From the human T2T-CHM13v2.0 reference genome, Homo sapiens: 64,000 nucleotides of DNA. The DNA lies in NCBI RefSeq assembly GCF_009914755.1, contig NC_060932.1; one strand, given 5' to 3'. The position numbers were made by a program, and so were the translations under genes. The notes beneath the pieces are model-generated. The model was not told where the DNA came from. It made no database searches and was given only the letters and a program-made list of their open reading frames with translations. This document shows positions 57,421 through 64,000 of the stretch, piece by piece (within the stretch, counting starts at the first letter, position 1; each line of letters begins with the position of its first letter).

Positions 57421-59530
57421 AGAGTGATGTCAGTAAAATGGTGGAGTAGACAGCTCCAAGCTCTCATCTCTCCAGAGATTGCAAAAACAAGCAGAACAGT
57501 CAGAACCAATTTTTTCAGAACTTTGAGTAACAGTCAAAGGTTTATTGCAACCAAAAAAAAATGGTGGGAAAGCTTGGTAGCATTTTTACTTGCTTTTGAA
57601 AAACCCCATCTTCTAATATCATTTAGAAGAGGAAATCTGGTATTCACAGGTGGCAACTAGAAGGAGCAGAGCAGATCTGATTCACAAATGATTGTGTCTG
57701 CTCTAATTTGGATGGGCTACATAAAGAGCTGATGCAAGGTGTTCATCTCTATATTACCTAATTTAAAACTCAGGCCAAAAAAAACAGTGGACATTGCTCA
57801 AAAGTACTGAAAACTGAACGAACAACCATCAGTTGTGTGGAACAATAATGTTTTGACAATATAGTCAAAGCATTATTATCTTTGTGACTGTCTAAGGCCT
57901 GTATCAAGTGAGATTTATCCTAGGAATGCAAGAGTGGTCCAACAAAAAATATAATCAATGCAATATACCACATTATTAGAAAGCAGGAAAAACACCCACA
58001 TGATAATTTCAATTGATGCAGAAAATACATTGGCAGAATCCAACACCCTTTCACAATTAAAACATAAACTGGAAAACTAGGAATAGACAGGACCATCTTC
58101 AACATGACAAAGGGCATTTATGAAAACTACACAGCCAAAGTAATACACAACAGTAAAAGACTGAAAGCTTCTCTCCTTAGATTAGAACAAGGCAAGGATG
58201 TCCACTTTTGCCACTGTTATTTAACATTGTACTGAAAGTTCTAATTGTACCCATAACTTATACCATATACAAAATTATGCAAACTGTTCAAAACTGAACT
58301 GTTGGTTCAGTTTGTAGTTTTTTTTTTTAATCAGTGTCTACTGTTTTTCTGGCCTGAGTTTTGAACCTAAACATAAAAGCTAAAACCATAAAATTCTTTA
58401 AAATACATAGGGATAAATCTTTATGACCTAGGATTTGGCAATAACTTTGGCAATAAATTCTCACCTCAAAAATGCAAGCAACAAAAGAAAACACATAAAT
58501 CTGACTTTGTTAAAATTGAAAACTTTTGTTCGGCAAAGGACATTACTAAGAAAGTGCAAATACTACCTACAAAATGGGAGAAAATATTTGATGTCATATA
58601 TCTGATGAGGATTCAATATCCAAAACATATAAAGAACTCCTACAACTCAACAATGAAAAGACAAAGAAAATTAAAAATGGGCAAATAACTTAAAATATTT
58701 TAACTCCAAAGAAAATATACAAACAGCAGTAAACACATGAAAAGATGTACAACATTATTAATTATTAGGTAAATGCAAATAAAAACCACAATAAGATACC
58801 ACTTTACACCTACTAGCATGGCTATAATAAAATATGAAAGGGAAAATAGCAAGTAATGGCGAGGAGGTAGAGAAATTGGAACCCTCATATTTTGCTATTG
58901 GAAATGTAAAATGGTATAGCCACTGTGGAAAACAGTTTGGCAGTTCTTCAACAAGCAAAACATGGAATAACTATTTGACACAGCAATTCTGCTCCTAGAT
59001 TATACACCAAAGAGTTGCAAACAAGGACTCAAACAGATATTCTTACATCAATGTTTTGTACCATTACTCACAATAACCAAAGGTAGAAACAACCCAAGCG
59101 TCCATCAACAGATGAACAAAATGTAGTATGAAAATATGATGGAATATTATTCTGAAATAAAAAGAAATTAGTTCTGATATATGCTGCACCATTAATAAAC
59201 CTTGAAAACATGAAATATGCTAAGTGAAATAAATCAGGCACAAAAGGACAAATATTGTATAATTAAATAAAATATATAGAATATGCAAATTCATAGAGAC
59301 ATAAAATATTGGGTACAAGAGCCTGGGAGGAAGATGAATAGGAGAGTTATTACTTAATGGGTATAGAGTTGCTATGTGGGGTGATGAAAAAGTTTTGGAA
59401 ATGGTAATGGTGATGGTCGCTCAACATTGTGAATGTACTTAATGCTACAGAACTGTACATTTGAAAATGATTAAAATGATAAATTTTATGTTACTTGTAT
59501 ATTATCACACTAAAATATTCAAAATAAAAA
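57421..59530 (+). mobile_element. Internally deleted old LINE-1 (L1MB5/MB7-like 3' end) retaining a 5' end
   Basis: 5' AGTGATGTCAGTAAAATGGTGGAGTAG, an RT fragment at 57900-58245, the ORF2 3' region, and 3'UTR GGTGATGAAAAGTTTTGGAAAT...CAACATTGTGAATGTACTTAATGC. Confidence 0.8.
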
Positions 59531-61189
59531 CATAATGGGTTTATACTGTAAGAAATGTACATTTTTTAAGATCAATAGTTAGAGGAATAGGTCTCCTTTC
59601 AAAGTCTTTGTCTTCTTACTTGAAAAGTGTCTTCTCAATGTACACAGAAGCCCAAATGCAGTAGACAGTGTGTTTGGAACATAGAATATATGTAAATTCT
59701 TTAAAAACTATATAAAGTATTTCAAAAAGAGATGACTAATTCAATGTAGGCGGACAGTTAAATAAAATATGTTGAAAATATGTAGGTCTCTGAGAACTCC
59801 TTAACAAGGTCTTAGGATCAACACACTGAAAGGAATGTTCTAAGTTTTTGTATTGTCCTTTTAAAAAAAAAAATAATATCCAGATGCTCATTTTGAAATA
59901 AAACTATTTATTATTAAAAAACCAGTAAAAAGATAAATTCTCCAAATACTGTATTTCCAAAAGTGTGCTTGGCCAACTATTTCCTATAAAATTGCACTTA
60001 CAAGAAAATCACAAATATAGTTATTATTTCTTTGTTATAAATTGTAATACGATTTCTACGTGCTATCACTTAAAATGTAAAGGGCTTTTTAAAAAATGTT
60101 CAATACTGATACCTTAATTTTTTACGTTCTTTTCTTCTTTTTAATCTATAAATACATTTTGATACTTTTTGAAATATACGTTTTAAATGTTTCTCTTGAA
60201 AAAACTTGTACCTAAACAATAAACACCGTGTATCTATACACTACAACACATTTGAGAAAAATTAATATCAGCAAAATCATACTATTACTGAATATCTTTT
60301 CTCTGTGGCTATATCACTTAACTCTATGTGTCTTTATGATTCTTATTTATAATAACGGCAATATAATTTTGTAAACCTATTTTGTAAGGTAATTAAAAAG
60401 AATTTAAATTATGGCAAAACCACTGATAATCAGCATATAATAAGATGTTTGATGAAATATGTAAACTCTCCTTTTTTTAATCAATATTTATAAAATTGTA
60501 GCTTTTTTTCTTCTTTTTTAACTTTCCTGGTCTAGTAAATTCGGCAAGAAAACAATAAACAGATTTTATTCAATCATTTGTCAACACAGTAACGAATTCC
60601 CATATTGCTTCAGGATGTAAACCATGTGTCCTGTGAAGGATTCATTGACAAATGCATTTATGCTTTTCTGCTCTATTGACAAGCTTTTAAACATAAAGAA
60701 TTGGTCTCTATGATTTATATTCTGATTTCATGTAGGAAGTAGGCTATGCTAGATAAAAATTTAAATACACTTTTGATGCTCGAGGCTAAATGTACATATC
60801 CATCTAAATGAAATTGTGCCTTCCCATTAGAACAGGTATGAATAAAACCTAATACAATATTAAAAGATTCACAATTAAGGCAAATATTTATATTTATATA
60901 AATATGCATATTTTGAAATAGTTCAATAAAGATAGCTAGATGGAAAATGATAAAGATTAAATTATCTACAATTTAATCCAGTTATAAAATATTAAGCATT
61001 AATCTATGATAATGTTCACAGAGAGAGGAAAAAAATGTGTCTCTTCTGCAGCTCCCTCTTAGGATTGAAGTGTCATTTCTCCAGAAGACCCCTTCAGATA
61101 AACATTCATTTCACATTGGACAGCACTGTCTTAAGACGTGTTAGTAATTTTAGGCTTCATACCATGAAGATTTAAAATTTTTTTAAAAA

Positions 61190-63110
61190 AACTTGTTTCC
61201 TCTCTCACTTAAGCATTTACATGTAGACAGTTTGAGACTAGCACAGTGATTCTGGTGTTGAATAAGACAGAGTCAACTTCAGCTTTTTAATCCATTCTCC
61301 CTAGGATGTGATTCTAATCCTCATAATCTAAGATCATTCTCCACCTTTCAAATCCATAATGAATACACCAGGATGGAGGAAATGGGGATAAAAGGACCCA
61401 TTCCTCTCTTTGGGACATAACCCAGGACTTCTACAAGTCACTTCTGCTCACACACTAGTGTCCAGAACATAGGCATAGGGAGATGCTAACTAAGAGGAGA
61501 GGCAAAGGGAAGTATCTTTATCCTGAGTATTTTTGTGTCTAGGTAAAAATTACAAATTCCATTAAGGTATAAAAAGATAATAGATACTGTGGGGAAACCA
61601 GTAGTCTTAGCCAGTCCACTCCTTTTGTCATTCGATTATCAACGTGTATTGTTTCTTCTACAATAAAAACATTTTCGCTTTCTTTCTAAGAGAGATAAGC
61701 ACCAAGCCTCATCACCTTAGTGCATCCAGCAAGAAATCCAGGATCCCGTAGTGATTCTTCTCTCTACAAATGTAGCTCTTTGTGGATAATTAATTTATAA
61801 ATTAAACTTATCTGCTCCCAAAACAAATATAGGATAAGAGTTCACATTTAGAAAAGTGTCATGGCAATTTATACATCCCACTGGACAGCAGTAGCAAACA
61901 TGTTCTTTTCTGCAAGTAGAATCAATTTCTTTATAAGTTACTTCGCAGCTGCTGGTTCTACTTTCTGCAGATAACTCTTTTGCCTATCACCTTCCATAGC
62001 TATATTTGACAAGAACTTCAAAAAAGAATGTATTTTTAGGGGCTTTTACAGGCCACTTACTGCTGGTGCAGATTTAGGAATCAGACATTGTCTTAAGCCA
62101 GGCTTGTAGTGTCATTGGCAAGCAAGTCCCTCAAACACTTGATAGAGTTGAGATTTGTTTCCAGTTAACTCCATGTGCGAATTATCACAGGCAAAGTTAT
62201 CATCTAGCCACAACTTTTTCAACCTCAGTACACGTACTGGCCTCTGTATTGCACTCATTCCACTCCATCCCAACTCTCTTGAGGTTCTCTAAAAGTACAA
62301 TTTTGGCTAGTGTTTTAGGCTAGGTCTTCCCTACACCCAACACAGAGCCCAAGATTTTTCTTATGTTCAAGTAGCTTATTTGGAAATCTGTTTGCAAAGT
62401 GCAAACATGAGAGATTGGAAATTGAATAGGGAAGGAAGAAAAGACAGATACACAGATAGATATAGATGTATATCCTATTAGTTTTGTTTCCTTGGAAACC
62501 CTGACTAATACAGGTACTAACAGGCAAAGTGAGTTAAATCTTACACAGAAAGGCTGGAATCAGAAGTCAAGTTAGGAGGAGGTGAAGCACCTGCAGAGGT
62601 GTTGTCACAATGGTAAAGTACTATCCTTAATCTGATCTTTGCTGCTGAATTAGCTCCCATTGTCTTGTCTTAACTTTTAAAGGAAAATGCTTGAAAAAGT
62701 TTTTAGGCCACAGTGATATTTCCTACAAAGACTACTGTTTTGTAGCCATGGCATGTAACTGCTTCCATTCCACGTAGCATAACAGTCAGATTTTTGTGCC
62801 CTGAATGGTCCTGACTTATCATACTCTCAATCAGTTTCAATTACAGGCTGCAGGCAGATAGCACCTCCTTTTATCAAAGCAATATTCCCTTTCATCTCCG
62901 CTTGCAGGTTGGCTAGCTCTAGCCTGAGTTCATCTCACTTCTGAAGAACTTGTTTCAAACAATAAGAAACAGCAAGACAACAGCTTTCTGAAGATTTCCT
63001 TCCATATAGGGAATAAGAGTTAAATAAGCCCATTGCTATCCTTTAAAATGTGAGAAGCAATAGTTTTACTAACAACTTTGCCACAGCGTAACAAATATCA
63101 CGAATTCTTC
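61190..63110 (-). mobile_element. MLT1J/K-like LTR (about 61190-61615) followed by MLT1-internal sequence, with LTR16-like (about 62310-62440) and MLT2 end (about 62445-62511) fragments
   Basis: TCACTTCTGCTCACA...GTCCAGAAC is an MLT1 motif. ATCCTATTAGTTTTGTTTCCTTGGAAACCCTGACTAATACA is an MLT2 terminus. The internal part is recognised only loosely. Confidence 0.5.
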
Positions 63111-63129
63111 AAAACACTGTATGAGTTAC

Positions 63130-63400
63130 ATAGGGCAGGGCCTATACGTAAAGAGAAGAGGTCTAATGTTTGGAAGAGGAGAACTAACTAATACAGGAGC
63201 CCCAGATGAAGTGATTAGTGAAGTCAGAGGGAAACTAAAAGAGAGTGGCATCGAAGTGATAGGTATCAAGTGCTTCAAGGAGGGAGAAAGTGACTGTGCC
63301 AAATGCTTATAACAGGTTGGAAAGTGAGTTCTTAGAGCTGACTACCAGGTTCAGCAATGAGATAGCCATGAGTGACAACGATGGGAAATGCTTCTTATGA
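63130..63400 (-). mobile_element. L2 fragment
   Basis: AGTGCTTCAAGGAGGGAGAAAGTGACTGTGCCAAATGCT...TTCAGCAATGAG...TGAGTGAC is a reverse-complement L2 motif. Confidence 0.6.
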
Positions 63401-64000
63401 AAGTAGATTCCTAGGCTCCTTGTTTTTTAGGGGATATTCATTAATCCCATGGAAACTTTCTACACTGTCTCCTGAAATATAACAAAAAGAGTCCTTGCTT
63501 TTCAGCATAATTTGAAACAAACACTTCTACTAATAAGACTAGTAAAAAAGAAAAAAAAGGCCAATATTAAACCTAATGGCATTATTTACTCAAAATATAA
63601 CTTCAAAAGACCTATATGTGTAAAATAAACTATTGCTAAAAGAGACATTTTTTAAATCAAATATTTGCCAATAACAGGAAAGGGCATCAAGTTTTAATTC
63701 TTAAAATTATAAAATCATTAATATAATCTAGTTTAATGAACCAAGTCAATATTTAGAAAACAGAAATTTTAGTAATAAATAATGTTAACTTTATGAAGAA
63801 AGTCAAGCAAACATGAAACTAAATTCTGATTTTCTAATATTCCTCTAAGTAGCTCAAGAATATTGTGCTATTCACAATTTTTCCTTTAATCAAAAACTAA
63901 AAATAATTATCATCACTCAGTATTTGGAGAGGAGGGAAGGGAAATGTGTTGGGAGACTAATCAAAGAACTGAGGATTGGATACCTTGTTGACATTGTATA

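Overview
AT-rich primate (most likely human) genomic DNA made up mostly of interspersed repeats. I see no host protein-coding exon, RNA gene, CpG island or CRISPR array. The ORFs in the track are broken LINE-1 ORF1/ORF2 pieces, Alu or LTR read-throughs, or chance ORFs. The window holds a full-length but dead L1PA5-like element, a near full-length L1MA8-like element, several truncated, inverted or internally deleted L1s, seven Alus, solo LTRs (LTR5/HML-2, MER11/HML-8, MER57, MLT2B, MLT1), Tigger and hAT DNA transposons, and L2/MIR relics. I found no previously undescribed biological system. The best signals are retrotransposition fossils read from target-site duplications (TSDs): two independent L1 3' transductions (18571-18947 and 4546-4909), a nested MLT2B > Tigger3b > L1PB1 insertion, two twin-primed L1 inversions, an inverted internal copy inside an old L1MB, and a closely spaced inverted Alu pair. 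Subfamily names come from recalled consensus sequences and need RepeatMasker/Dfam confirmation. Boundaries of old elements are approximate.
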